From Octopus bimaculoides (lineage: Eukaryota): a DNA stretch of 64,000 bases. This document shows positions 1-12,377 of this stretch, in pieces. How positions within the stretch are numbered: the first letter of the stretch is position 1; every line of letters starts with the position of its first letter. The DNA lies in the NCBI RefSeq assembly GCF_001194135.2, contig NC_068990.1:87366487-87430486 (forward strand). The letters run 5' to 3'. The notes beneath the pieces were generated by a model, which worked only from the letters and a program-made list of their open reading frames with translations, was not told the DNA's origin and did no database searches. Both the position numbers and the translations under genes were made by a program.

Positions 1-45
<45 letters not shown>

Positions 46-543
46 TACACATACATATATATACACTACACACATACACACACTCACACACACATTTATA
101 CATACAAGCACACACACACATACATATACACACATAAACACACACACACATATGCACACATAAACACACACATATATGAATGTACATATTCCTCCTTCTA
201 GGCACGTGCACGCACGCACAGATGCATACGTAGGTATTACATGGACACGTGTACGTATTCACGCATAGATGTGTTCATGAACGCCCACAGTCACATCACA
301 TAGATGCAGAGCAAAATGACAAGATCAGTCAAGTCATTGGAAACGTTAGGACTCCTGTTAGCATCTATTCACACAACAAACACACATGAACACATTCCAC
401 TCGTCAACATGTTTTTTTATAACCCTATCAGACTGCGTGTTGCTATGTATATATATGTACGTATGTGTATGTATATATATATATATATGAATATATATAT
501 GTATATATATATGTATGTATACAGGTATATATATATATGTCTG

Positions 544-582
<39 letters not shown>

Positions 583-701
583 CACATATATACATACAGA
601 CATATAAGCGCACTTTCTTACCAATTTATTTGTATACTCAGAGTCCTGCATTTACATGTATGTGTCTCTGTTTGTGTGTGTGTTCATGTGTGTGTGTGTG
701 C

Positions 702-762
<61 letters not shown>

Positions 763-790
763 TGTGTATGTGCGCACGTGTATACCTTAA
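1..790. repeat. (TA)n/(CA)n/(TG)n compound microsatellite field
   Basis: Direct reading. Confidence 0.9.
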
Positions 791-1599
791 TCCTTTCTTA
801 CATTGACATGTTAACTTTGAGTCCGGTCATCGGCCGATGAAACATCGGATTCACTATCAATAAAAGTATTAAAAGACACTTAACCCTATTCTGTTAAATA
901 ATCTTTGATTTAGTGAATGTCCACTGTTTCTCTGCTTGCAAATAGCTTCACGATTAATTAGGCATACACATGCATATATTTGTATGACATTAACATATTT
1001 ATACAATATGTGTGCGTGTGTGTACGTTTGTTATGGTGTATGTGTGTACGTGTATGTGTAATAGGCATGTCAATTATATTAATCATAAATACAGAATTCT
1101 GTTCATAAATTCGGACAGAAATTCTGTTACCATGAGTGAAAGTAGTAGTTCTTAAATGTATCATCGTTTCTTCAGGGGATAACCGAGGAAAGGACGATCA
1201 ACAAGTTTACTGATATTTTATAGACACAGCTGGCAGTCAGCCAGTAATAAATAGTTTGTCGCAGAAACTTCCGAACGCCGTATCTGATTTGTCTGAGACT
1301 GGAGTTTTACACATACATACATACATACATACATACATACACAGCAAAAGAAACTGACACGGTTCTCCAAATCTAATCTATTAGCGGCGCAGTGAAGAGT
1401 TGTAAGACATTCCAAAAGTTCTCCATGTGAGATTCTTATGCAAATAAATACACACATTTGAGTGTATGCCTCGACAGTTCAACCAACACTACAACTCAGT
1501 CACATATTTACAAACACGGGGAATTTTCTTAACCAAGAAAGTCTTGTCGCTTTGTTAGCGACCGGCTTGAACTCTCCCAAGAACTTAAACTCAAAGAAA

Positions 1600-1980
1600 A
1601 ATCATCCATCCATTCATGATGATGGCTTTCGATTCGTTAAGCGAGTATGATCATGGCTGACTAAATAAAGTGTATCACTGCATTACATGTCGTGAGAATG
1701 ACAATGGACCTTGGATCGTGCCAGCGACTTAGAAAACTTGTCGCAGGTTCGACATTCATACAAATTCTGACTTCTTGGTTGTTCTGGATTGTCCTGAGGA
1801 TTTTTCCCTGTGCACCTTCATGTGTCTAGGTAAATCTGATCGATTTATCCACGTTTTCTGGCAGACCTTGGCCCCAGCAAGAAAGTCGTGGTTGTTTGTA
1901 ACAGATATTTCTGCATGGCTTCTCTGGTGGTTCACCAGGCCTGCGCAAGACATACACATGCGGTCACAGACTTCACAACT
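1600..1980 (-). mobile_element. LINE 3' end (RTE-like) encoding three C2H2 zinc-finger motifs, degenerate
   Basis: Minus strand gives CEVCDRMCMSCAGLVNHQRSH (1977-1915), AKVCQKTWINRSDLPRHMKVH (first Cys lost) and, after a frameshift, CRTCDKFSKSLARSKVHCHSH (1754-1692). All have C-x2-C-x12-H-x3-H spacing and no TGEKP linker. It ends in a gccatcatcat tail. Confidence 0.6.
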
Positions 1981-2410
1981 ATTATCATACCAATAGCTGT
2001 CTACGCCTGGAAGAAGACAAAGAAGATCTCTCAATTGATGGACATGTTCCATCGACGCAGCCTGTATCCAATCATTGGTATCTCTTACAAGGACAGAGTC
2101 AGAAACAAAAGGCCATGGAAAGTTTGTAAGGTATTGTGACTAAGCAGCGGATATGGTTTACTGGCTATGTGCTTCAGTTACTGCAGAAGAGACATGCTAC
2201 CATTGTAATGGATTGGACACTGGGAGGAGGAAGGAGACCGAGAGGAAGCCCAAGGAAGATGTAGTGCAGTACGTTCTTGAATGACATGATAACACTGGGA
2301 GCTGGCTCGAATGGCAAGAAGAAAGTGAACAATCAGGATGTATAGAGAAGGCTCGATGCCTGTTGTGCTGACAGCGTTGAGGATCTAAGACACACACACA
2401 TACACCACAT
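1975..2410 (+). mobile_element. RTE-clade LINE 3' fragment, degenerate, with (CA)n tail
   Basis: TTIIIPIAVYAWKKTKKISQLMDMFHRRSLYPIIGISYKDRVRN, then QRIWFTGYVLQL...DWTLGGGRRPRGSPRK. This matches the RTE C-terminal pattern FHRRCLRRILGISWxDRVxN / RLRWFGHV / RPRGRP. Confidence 0.8.
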
Positions 2411-2444
2411 GCACACATACACGCATACAAAGATTAGTGTATGG

Positions 2445-2680
2445 AATTTGACTTAGTGGCTAAGGTGTTGTACTCATAATCATAAAATTGTGGTTTCGAG
2501 TCCTGGACTTGGCTACACATTGTGTTCTTGAGCAAAACATTTCATTTCACGGGGCTTCAGTTCATCTGGCTGGCAAAAAAGAGTAATCCCACGACGGAGC
2601 AGCCTCCCGTCCACGTGGGAAATATATACACCAGAGAATCCCATGAGCCTATTGCTCGGGAGAGACCTCTCATTCTTTCA
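2445..2680 (+). mobile_element. tRNA-derived SINE, family F (old)
   Basis: tRNA-like head (tagtggctaagg...ggtttcgagtcc) followed by gtgttcttgagcaaaacatttcatttcac. A similar copy lies at 59935-60175. Confidence 0.65.
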
Positions 2681-2739
2681 TATATACAAATGCTTACACA
2701 TAGACATATAGACACAAGTATAAACACTATAAAAGCATG

Positions 2740-3229
2740 CACATATATGTACATACATGTATATGAGTGTATATGCATATGTGTGTGTGTGTGTGTATGT
2801 ATATATCACTCTCTCTCTCTCTATATATATATACATGCATATATACATATATATACATAATATATACATGCATATATACATATATATATATACATATACA
2901 TATATATATATGTATATATATATATGAATGTATATATATATATATTAATATACATTCATATATATATATATATATATATATGAATGTATATATATATTAA
3001 TATACATGTATTTATATATATACATATATACATACATTTATATATATATACATATATATNNNNNNNNNNNNNNNNNNNNNNNNNNNNNNNNNNNNNNNNN
3101 NNNNNNNNNNNNNNNNNNNNNNNNNNNNNNNNNNNNNNNNNNNNNNNNNNNNNNNNNNNNNNNNNNNNNNNNNNNNNNNNNNNNNNNNNNNNNNNNNNNN
3201 NNNNNNNNNNNNNNNNNNNNNNNNNNNNN

Positions 3230-3281
<52 letters not shown>

Positions 3282-3300
3282 TCACATATATGTGTATATA
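2740..3300. repeat. TA/CA microsatellite field spanning the 3060-3229 gap
   Basis: Direct reading. Confidence 0.9.
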
Positions 3301-3754
3301 TGAATATAACCACCATACGTCATTTTCCTGTCACCATCTTCGAAGTAACAATCAATTCATTCATTGTAAAAATTGATATGAATTCTAAAAAAAGTATGCA
3401 TGCCACGTACATTATATTACAGAAATAATTGATATATAGATAGATTTCAGTGTGAAAATTATATACAACATGCACATTATACATTTATAAATATATATTA
3501 ATAAAAAAGAAATGCATATGAATGTCTAATACAAAGATAAGACAATGATATAGTACATAATGCCACATACACTATACATACAGTAGTTAATAGATGTTGT
3601 CCGCATATCATATACGATATACATTAAATTCGATATCATATAACTGAATATAGCAATATAGTTTAATAAAATCTAGCCTAATATTTCATTTATACCACGT
3701 ATCACGCATACATATCAGTATGCTCACCATACATAATGCTTACACTGTGTGGAA

Positions 3755-3965
3755 AATATAAAGAATCGTTATTGTAACCATGTCGCCAGCTTTAAGAGAA
3801 TCAATAAGAGACATTCAACATCTTTGGCCGATTTTGTATAGCGACTGAAGGAGGATAAAATTAAGTACAGCATAACTTGGTCCATAGTAAGGTACGCGAA
3901 ATCATACAATATCATTTCCAGAAGATGCCGACTCTACCCCGAGGAATCCCTGTCTATTCTGTGGA
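3755..3965 (+). mobile_element. Penelope-like element, GIY-YIG endonuclease C-terminal remnant
   Basis: IKNRYCNHVASFKRINKRHSTSLADFV*RLKEDKIKYSITWSIVRYAKSYNIISRRCRL resembles the PLE pattern FKxRYxNHxxSF...STxLSxYIWxLK...Y.I.W.I...A..Y......C.LC. Confidence 0.75.
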
Positions 3966-4049
3966 CCATTAAGATCATTAATAGAATTTAGCCACAAAAC
4001 ACGAATAAAGCAAAAAACTGTTTTCAGTCTTTAAGGAAGCTGACAAATG

Positions 4050-5060
4050 CAAAAAGTCATAATACCTAACAACTATGAAGAAAAAGAAGAAACAACAAAA
4101 GCTGTAAAACAACTGAAATCCAAACTAAAACTGGAACAGCAACGGATCATGATAAAACGATGGCAAGAAAGGCCTCTTCATGGCAAATACTGGGTTAAAC
4201 TAAACGCAAAAGAAATAGACAAAGCAAAATCCCAGGACTCAAGGCAGAGACTGAAGGATTTTTAATTGCAGCATAAGACCAAATCATCCCCACCAGAAAT
4301 TACCCAAAACATATAAGAAAAAGAAACATAACAAGTAACTGCAGAATATGTGGAGATGGACAAGAAACAATAAACCATATTGTCTCTGGCTACCCAGTGC
4401 TAGCTAAGAAGGAATATATTCACAGACACGACAGAGCTGGGACCTACATACACTGGAAACTATGCCAACACTATGGGATAACAACAGAAAAAAAAGATGG
4501 TATAGGCACACGCCAGAAAAGGTCACAGAAAATAAGAACGCAACCATACTCTGGGATATGCCAATACACACAGATATAAAAATTAAGGTCAACAAGTTGA
4601 GTATAGTTGTTAGGGCTCACCAAGAAAAATGCTTTCTATTCGATGTATCAATACCAACAGATGACAATGTTTCTCTAAAAGAAACGGAGAAACTTTCAAA
4701 ATACAAAACCTGGAAATAGAGGTGATTCGGATGTGGAGTCTAAAAACAGAAACAATTCCTATCATAATAGGCGCATTAGGTGTGATAAAAAAATATTCAG
4801 ACAAATACATAACAAAAACACCAGGACTAACAAATATATATAACGTACAGAAAATAGCACTACTGGGCACCGCACACATCCTACGTAAAACACTTTCAAT
4901 ACAGTAAAAATAAGAGCCTCACAACAGACCACAGCACATACCCAAGGCACACAGAGCTCGGTAGAGAAGTGAAAGCACGTGATAAAAATAAGACTACTGA
5001 ATGGTGATGATGATGATGATGATGATGATGATGACGATGATGATGACGATGATGATAATT
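4050..5060 (+). mobile_element. R4/Dong-like non-LTR retrotransposon 3' end (zinc knuckle + restriction-like endonuclease), frameshifted
   Basis: WQERPLHGKY..., CRICGDGQETINHIVSG, YIHRHDRAGTYIHWKLC, ILWDMPIHTD, DVSIPTDDNVSLKETEKLSKYK, IPIIIGALG...QKIALLGTAHILRKTL*. The stop is at 4907, followed by a short 3'UTR and a (GAT)n tail. Confidence 0.9.
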
Positions 5061-5892
5061 CTTTATTGGCAACAAATAATGATAATAGTTTTTTTGCTAC
5101 TGCCACAAAGACACTAGATTAAATAATAATAATAAAAAACCCGTATCCCTACAGAGGATTCAAGGTGTATGAATGTATGAAAATGGATAAAAACTACTGG
5201 TGGAGGCAAAGGTGTTATACAACGTATGTAGCGACGCTACTTCGGCTGCCGGCATTTTATTCTACTATTGTCACATATGTTGTTTTGACTAACGAGGAAT
5301 TGCTATTGTTTGACGGCCTCACTGGACGGTTCTGTACAAAAAGATGAAATCATTTTGTCAGCTTCTTTTTTTTTTTCGGATCGGGATGAAATATTGAATT
5401 TTTCTGACCATAGGATACTGTTATAAGGACGTGGTACAAAACGTCTGACAGAAAAGAAAATCACATGATTGCGTTAGTGATTTTTTTCAGTCAATCAAAT
5501 CGTTTCCTTTCCGTACCAACATTTTCCCTCAGAACTTATTTTGAAGCCATAGATCTCGTAGATTTGTTTTTGTTTTTTTTGCATCAAGCTACAAGTTTCG
5601 TAAGTACCAGTCTGCTTCAGGCTGGCCTTTCAGACAAAAAGGACAATTATCTCATGCACATTCTCAGTCCTTCTCACTCGCTTGAATTGCCATCACTGGA
5701 TTGCACAGAACACACATAGACGTATGCACATGAGAAGTTGTTCTCACGCATTCGACCTGTTATTATCGTAACAAACAGCGGAAGAGCGTTCTCACAAATA
5801 AATGATTTTACTCTCAGGCTTACATAATACAGGCATACACACACATACACACTCATACATTTACACATGCATACACACATACACACACATAA

Positions 5893-6114
5893 GGCGGCGA
5901 GCTGGCAGAAACGTTAGCACGCCGGGCGAAATGCTTAGCGGTATATTACGTTCTGAGTTCAAATTCTGCCGAGGTCGACTTTGCCTTTCATCCTTTCGGA
6001 GTCGATTAAATAAGTACCAGTTACGCACTGGGGTCGGTATAATCGACTTAATCCGTTTGTCTGTCCTTGTTTGTCCCCTCTGTGTGTAGCCCCTTGTGGG
6101 TAGTAAAGAAATAA
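5893..6114 (+). mobile_element. tRNA-derived SINE family A (octopus OK-like), small internal deletion
   Basis: ggcggcgagctggcagaaacgttagc head, box-B-like gagttcaaattc, core gtcgactttgcctttcatcctttcg, tail gtaaagaaataa. Confidence 0.9.
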
Positions 6115-6517
6115 CACACATACGTACACATGCATACCAATACAGAGACGCAACATGTAAAAGATTAGTCATTTCAAATATATTTTTAGCAACAACGAAT
6201 CAGATTTACTTTAAAATGTTTGCCTGATTCATGTTTATTCTTTTATGAACATTTCGTATAATAAACTCTGTCGATTATCATGGACTGTGTATGTAAATAT
6301 TATTCATGTGATCATTTTTGCTACTTTATTTAATGCTGCCGTTTTGTAATGCGCTGTTTACAGCTGTTTGCTGTATAGCAATTTTGATCTCTTTAATCTT
6401 CATTCATTCTAATAAAAAAATAATAATTGTTGTCATAACTCCAGAACTATTTTTATTCTTCTATTCTTCCTCTTACTGTTACGTGTATATGGTCACATAT
6501 GTACATATACACGTATA

Positions 6518-6579
<62 letters not shown>

Positions 6580-6614
6580 TATATACACGTATACGTACAT
6601 ATATATATATTCTA

Positions 6615-6812
6615 GTCTTTTATTCTTTTACTTGTTTCAGTCATTTGACTGCGGCCATGCTGTAGCACTACCTTTAGTCGAGCAAATCGGCCCCAGGACT
6701 TATTCTGTGTAAGCCAAGTAATTATTCTATCGGGCTCTTTTGCAGAACCGCTAAGTTACGGGGACGTAAACATACCAACATTGGTTGCGAAGCGATGGTA
6801 GAATGACAAACA
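6615..6812 (-). mobile_element. Interspersed repeat family C (SINE-like)
   Basis: Reverse complement of the 37165-37385 copy (cagtcatttgactgcggccatgc...gctaagttacggggacgtaaac). Confidence 0.8.
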
Positions 6813-6969
6813 CTGACACAAGAGATCTGCCAAACCATTTGGCACATCGAAACGTTCGTAAATGACTCATTATATAATCTCCACATAATTAAATCAATGG
6901 CTAACTAGCCCAGTTGACTTGCTTCTTCTTGTGTTTGTTTCTCCATTCTCCACATAATTATATACATAC

Positions 6970-7011
<42 letters not shown>

Positions 7012-7013
<2 letters not shown>

Positions 7014-7192
7014 GACAGGCTTCTTTCAGTTTCTGTCTACCAAATCCACTCACATGGCTTTGGTAGGTCCGAGGCTATAGTAGAAGACACTCGCCCAAGG
7101 TTCCACACCGTGGGACTGAACCACGTGGTTCACAAACCCGGAACCATGTGGTTGGGAAGCAAGCTTCTAACCACACAGCCACTCCTGTGCCT
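7012..7192 (-). mobile_element. tRNA-derived SINE family D with (TA)n tail
   Basis: Minus strand has gtggctgtgtggttagaagcttgcttcc head, accttgggcgagtgtcttctactatagcc body and gaaactgaaagaagcctgtcg(ta)n end. Confidence 0.75.
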
Positions 7193-7202
7193 ATATAGCA
7201 TC

Positions 7203-7545
7203 ATAGCCATGTGTCAAGACGAATTCTTTAGGGTTTGAATTATTCCCCTCTGGAAACGTGTGTTTCAGTTATCATCCTTAAACAACTCGTATTCAGGGAC
7301 ATTTTGAGATGGATATGCTACTCGGCCCGAGGAAAAGTATAACTGGGTCCCACCTGCAAGGTCCTCTGCTGTTTATTTTGATATGGGGTTACCATGTCGT
7401 GAACATACGGTTGTAATGCATGTGCCTGATGTACCCTTATCAGACGGGGAGCTATGATGGGTATATTGGACTTCGTATATTTGAACCCCGGAGTCACTTT
7501 GATGGCGGCATACGCTGCTCTCTCACTGAATAACAACAACAATAA
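7203..7545 (+). mobile_element. Interspersed repeat family E, 3' part, ending in an AAT/AAC array
   Basis: Shares gaattcttt...cctctggaaac, cctgcaaggtc and gtcactttgatggc with 58760-59240. Confidence 0.65.
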
Positions 7546-7559
7546 CAGTTCGTTTTACT

Positions 7560-7705
7560 ATTGGCACAAGGCCTGGAATTTGCGGGGAAGTGGGTTAGCC
7601 GATTCAATCGAACCCAGTGTCCACTACTACCTATTTTATCGACCTCGAAGTGTAATGAAAGGCAAAGTCGACCTTGGTGGAATTTGAATTCAGAACGTAA
7701 AAACG
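7560..7705 (-). mobile_element. SINE family A fragment
   Basis: atgaaaggcaaagtcgaccttggtggaatttgaattcagaacg. Confidence 0.75.
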
Positions 7706-7959
7706 GTCAAAATCATCATCATTACCATTACCACCACCACCACCACCACCACCACCACCACCACCACCACCACCACTACATCGTCGTCGTCGTCGTCATC
7801 ATCTTTATTATTCCTTTAGTTCAGCTCCAGGTTTTGGCCGGGTACATACTCGCTACCCTCCATCACGTCATATGGCATCGGGCAAAGGAAACGTTACACA
7901 TGATGTTGGCAGGTATAAGCAATGTTGATTTCTCTCAAAGATTATAATATTAGGCTTTA

Positions 7960-8205
7960 TATTTATATTTCGCTCGTTGATGTGTGTATTTGTAAGGTTG
8001 TCAGGAATGGAGCTCTTGGCATCATTCCGAACCAGTTTGAATGACTATTAATTACTTGCGTTACTATTGGTACAACTTTCGTTAGTGTGTTCCATATTCG
8101 CGAGATTTCCAATCGGAGATCCGAATATTTATCGATTTTTCTTAGCTTCTTTTTAGATTTATTATTGCCGCATGGGATGTCTACAAATATAATGTAAGGC
8201 TTTGA
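7960..8205 (-). mobile_element. RLE-type (R4/Dong-like) LINE endonuclease fragment
   Basis: YIIFVDIPCGNNKSKKKLRKIDKYSDLRLEISRIWNTLTKVVPIV. Confidence 0.7.
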
Positions 8206-8261
8206 AAGCATCCTCCTCCTCCTCCTGCGTTTTATCATCATCATCATCATTATTATTATTA

Positions 8262-8672
8262 TTATTGTATTTTGAATTTTGCTTTGTATTTGTACAATTT
8301 GGCTCCAGGTTTCACCCAGGGACCTCAAGAACAAGTTAGAAGTTCATGCTGGTGTTATTCCTAGGATGTCATATATTTGGTTTTGCACATAGTATTGTTC
8401 TAGAGAATGTTTAAGAAAACATAAGACAAATATGAGTTTGTCTTAAAATTTGAGATTACATAGAGATTATTTTACGTAGGATACGGGCAGTTCCCATGAG
8501 TACTATCTTTTGAATTTCTTCCATTTTGGGGTTTCCTGGTATCTGAGCTAGGTAGCAATCAGCTCCTTTTGCTATCATTCTTAGGGCACCTATGACAACA
8601 GGTATTGCTTTAGTCTTGAGGTTCCACATTTTGCCAATTTCTATTTCAAGATCTTTATACTTGCTCAGTGAG
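8262..8672 (-). mobile_element. R4/Dong-like LINE 3' end with 3'UTR, between (AAT)n arrays
   Basis: LSKYKDLEIEIGKMWNLKTKAIPVVIGALRMIAKG...EEIQKIVLMGTARILRKIISM*. AAT repeats lie on both sides. Confidence 0.85.
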
Positions 8673-8687
8673 ATGTGATGTCACTTA

Positions 8688-8746
<59 letters not shown>

Positions 8747-8759
8747 ATTATTATTATTG

Positions 8760-8972
8760 TACTTGTTGCTAGAGGTCTACCAGCTATCTACTTCCTGTAA
8801 ATTAAGACGATATGTTGTTTTTAAGTCTCGAGGACTTTGCGGAGACTCCTTGCGTTGCCAAGCAATGATGCTTTCTGGATATGCTCTATTTTCCTTTTTA
8901 TGCATTTTTGAACCACTTTTTTTTTGCTTACTGTACCTAAAGAACCAGCAACTATTGGCACAATATACACAT
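8760..8972 (-). mobile_element. R4/Dong-like LINE extreme 3' end with (AAT)n tail
   Basis: DVYIVPIVAGSLGTVSK...IEHIQKASLLGNARSLRKVLET*. Confidence 0.8.
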
Positions 8973-9105
8973 CTTCTTCTTCTTCTTCTTCTTCTTCTTC
9001 TTCTTCTTCTTCTTCTTCCTTCTTCTCNNNNNNNNNNTCTTCTTCTTCTTCTTCTTCTTCTTCTTCTTCTTCTTCTTCTTCTTCTTCTTCTTCTTCCTTC
9101 TTCTC
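8971..9105. repeat. (TTC)n microsatellite with 10-N gap
   Basis: Direct reading. Confidence 0.95.
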
Positions 9106-9814
9106 CTCATTAAAATTTGGCATTATTATAAATGTTAGCTTGATGTACCAATGTCGAGAATTTTATTTTTCAGGTGAGAAATGTAAAAAAAAACAACAAA
9201 AAAAACAAACAAAACAAAACAAACAACAAAGTTAAAATAAAACAAGATCTAGGACAAAACGAGGAAAGAAAATCCAGTTGCGTTTGTCGTTTTGCTTTAT
9301 TTTATTCACCAATTTAAGGCAGATTTTCTTCTCGATTTCTTTTGGCATTCATTCAAATTACGATGCCAGTAAAGTTTTGCTACAATTATTCTGAAGTCAC
9401 ATTAACTAGTTTTATTTAACAAGTTGCTTTCGTATGACATTGCTTGTTACATATCTGTTCTAAAACAAACAAATATATATAGAAAATAAAACATCAATAT
9501 CAATGTATCGTACCAAAAAAAAAAAAAAAAAAAAAAAGAGAAAGAAATAAAAATTATTTTGATTTTCACTCGTTAATTTTTTTCTGAACTGTGGGAATTG
9601 TTCTATCGAATGTCTGTCATTTGCGTCTGTGGGATTATCTGTCATACAAACAAACCACACACTGCTATGTTAAAAAAAATGAAGGGTAGTCTGAATCAAA
9701 TTCTAGGTTTTATGCATTCAGCTATCCCACCATTTTACCCCCTATCCTCACCAAACAAAATGTGTTTAGGTTCCCACTAAAAGGGGCAGCATTGACGAGT
9801 ATAAGAATAACATT

Positions 9815-10070
9815 ACTAGTAAGAATTATTTCAAAATTTAGCACAAGATCATCAGTTTTCGATGAAGTGGGTTAGTTGATTATGATTACATGGACTCCCT
9901 ACTACTAGCGCTCAAATGGTGCTTTATTTTATTGACTCTTAAAGGACGAAAGAAAAAGTTAGACTACTGCTGGAATTTGAACGCAGAATGTAAAGAACGG
10001 TTAAAAACGGCACCAAACATTTTACTCGACGCCTTAACGGTTCTGCCAGCTCGCCGCCTTCGTTACGTGT
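9815..10070 (-). mobile_element. Diverged SINE family A copy
   Basis: ctggaatttgaacgcagaatg...ttctgccagctcgccgcc. Confidence 0.7.
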
Positions 10071-11119
10071 GTGACTAATACCACTACCCTTTCTATATTC
10101 TAATTCTTAGAAAACGTCTCTACATTACCCATTTATGGAAATAAGATTCCAGAGAAATGTATGGAATAAAATATTAAATGAAAATATTTCCCATGATCTG
10201 TTCAAATGTTGTTGAAACGTTTCGTGTAATTTCTGTGGTTATAATGGTAAATACAAAAGAGGAAGAAATATATTTAAATAAACGAATTCACTGAACTTAC
10301 CCTAGAGAAATCAGTTGATTAATTTCAATAAGAACCAACACATCTAACAATTGTAGCAACAGATCTAATAGTTACAACAATTCTAAACTAGAAGAGAACT
10401 TCGTTAGAAATTCTCTCATTACCGAATTCCGTTCGGTCATTGATTAATTTTCAAATTGAGTTTTGAATGTCAACGTTCTTGTCGTCGCTAGCGATGACGA
10501 TAGTAGTAATGGTGGTAGTAGTGGTAGTTTTAATTGCAGTGGATGTTGTAGTATTGATGGTGATAGTGTTGTAATGGTGGTGGTGGTAGTACTTGTGACA
10601 AGTGATAGGGACAGTGGTGGTGTGATGGTGATGTTATTGTAATGGTGGTGGTGGTTTTAGTAATGGTAATGGTTGTGATGGTGATAGTGGCGGTGCTGGC
10701 GAGGGTGTTGGCGGTGTTAATATGGCAAATCGGCTGCGTCATTAGAGCGTTGGAGAAAATATTTTAGAGTTCAAATCTCACCGAAGCCAACTTTCGAAGT
10801 CGATAAATAAAGCATCACCAATTAAGGGCAGTGAATTGACAGAATTTCAACAGCGGCGGACGAGATGTGTTGCAGTATCTGTGATGGTATTACTGTTGTT
10901 GTTCTTGTTGTTGTTTTTGTTGTTGCTTTTGTTGTTGTTCAGCCCCAAAATTGCTTTGATCGAGCAAACATATGGAACACAGATAATCGACCGGAAAACA
11001 ATACCGACTGACCCACCCACAAATAAAACAACCGAATTTCCTGCTCTGTTCTGCCAGTCCAATATATTTCGCTCAGGATCTTTTAAGAGGAGAAACCGGG
11101 ATTGATCCTTCGTGTTCTG

Positions 11120-11335
11120 ACATTGTAGATCTACTGCTCCAGAAATACTGCGTTTCTGCTTTGTTGACCATATTCCACATTGTAACATGAAGTAGATATT
11201 CGTAAGGGATGTAGTAGTGTTGCACTCCGGACAAGTGGTACTATTTCCAATGTTCAGACTATTTCTGCACACATGTAGATTCTGGTGGCGGCCACAAAGG
11301 TAACGGCTCAGATGAACTCCAACAGGGGCGACCAT
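11120..11335 (-). mobile_element. Possible LINE C-terminal zinc-knuckle remnant
   Basis: RNSLNIGNSTTCPECNTTTSLTNIYFMLQC loosely resembles LINE C-termini of the form PxCPxC..ETxEHxLLxC. Confidence 0.3.
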
Positions 11336-11696
11336 TGCTGTTCTAGTTCATTTATTGGTTTGGTGCAGTACATCATAGCACAGTGGGTGGAGCTACTAAA
11401 GTTATTGATGTTGCAACTCTTTCTGTGTATGCGTTCACCTGATTTGTAGAGGCAGTGACATTAAGATGTTGTAAGTGATTCACGTGGGTAATTTCGTATT
11501 TACTAGCAAAGTCTGTGGGTGCTGGAAATTTCCGAAATAACAAATTGCACCTCCACTTTATGCCAATTGGTCTTTTGTTTTTAAATGTTGGTCACAGTTA
11601 GAAAGCTAGCAATCATAAAATTACTCCATCGCAGTTGACATGGGGATAAACGATTATAACAACAAAAATAACTATAACAGGGAGATTATATGAAAA

Positions 11697-11730
11697 TACT
11701 AGCAGAGATACCCGGCATTGCTCGGGATTG
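11697..11730 (+). mobile_element. Possible Helitron/Helentron-derived non-autonomous element terminus
   Basis: tactagcagagatacccggcattgctcggg resembles actag...cccg hairpin termini. The other end was not identified. Confidence 0.3.
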
Positions 11731-12132
11731 AAATGGTATAGTTTGTTTATATATATTACAGTTATGTTGAAACAGGTGATACGGGAAAGTGCATCATTGA
11801 CGACAAAGCATTTGTAGAGTAAATGATGGTCTAATACGACTAATCGTCATGTAATACATTTGTTTGGAGGATTCTATGCCCTAACCTAGCGTGGAAAACT
11901 GGGGTGGGGTGGGGGTGTAATTTTTGAACCCACCGAAAAGCTGTCAGTGGATATACTCGACTTTGAGGTGGTCAGCGCTGCGTGTAACGCGACCCATCGT
12001 ATGGTTAACAGTCAAATGAATGGAGGTGTAATGGAGATATTGTACGTAAATGGGTACATTCTGGAAATGGGCTGTAATGGGAGACGGTGACGGTGAAGTG
12101 AACTGTCGAAAGAGGTTGAGGAAGAGCTGGTA

Positions 12133-12377
12133 GTGCTAATGTTTCTTATTTCTTTATTGCCCACAAGGGGCTAAACATAGAGGGGACAAACAAGGACAGA
12201 CAAAAGGATTAAGTCGATTACATCAACCCCAGTGCATAATTGGTACTTAATTTATCGACTCCGAAAGGATGAAAGGCAAAGTCGACCTCGGCTAAATTTG
12301 AACTCAGAACGTAACGGCAGACGAAACACTGCTAAGCATTTCGTCCGGCGTGCTAACGTTTCTACCAGCTCACCGCC
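12133..12377 (-). mobile_element. SINE family A, full monomer plus start of second head
   Basis: Minus strand ends ...gggcaataaagaaataa|gaaacattagcac. Confidence 0.9.

Noticed and set aside
304-806. YI/HT/CV-repeat ORFs throughout the ORF track
   Set aside because: They are translations of dinucleotide microsatellites.
812-852. Hammerhead-like string ctttga-gtccgg...ccgat-gaaac near an AATAAA
   Set aside because: The core is ctttga rather than CTGANGA, stem II is imperfect and no stem I was found. Too degenerate to call.
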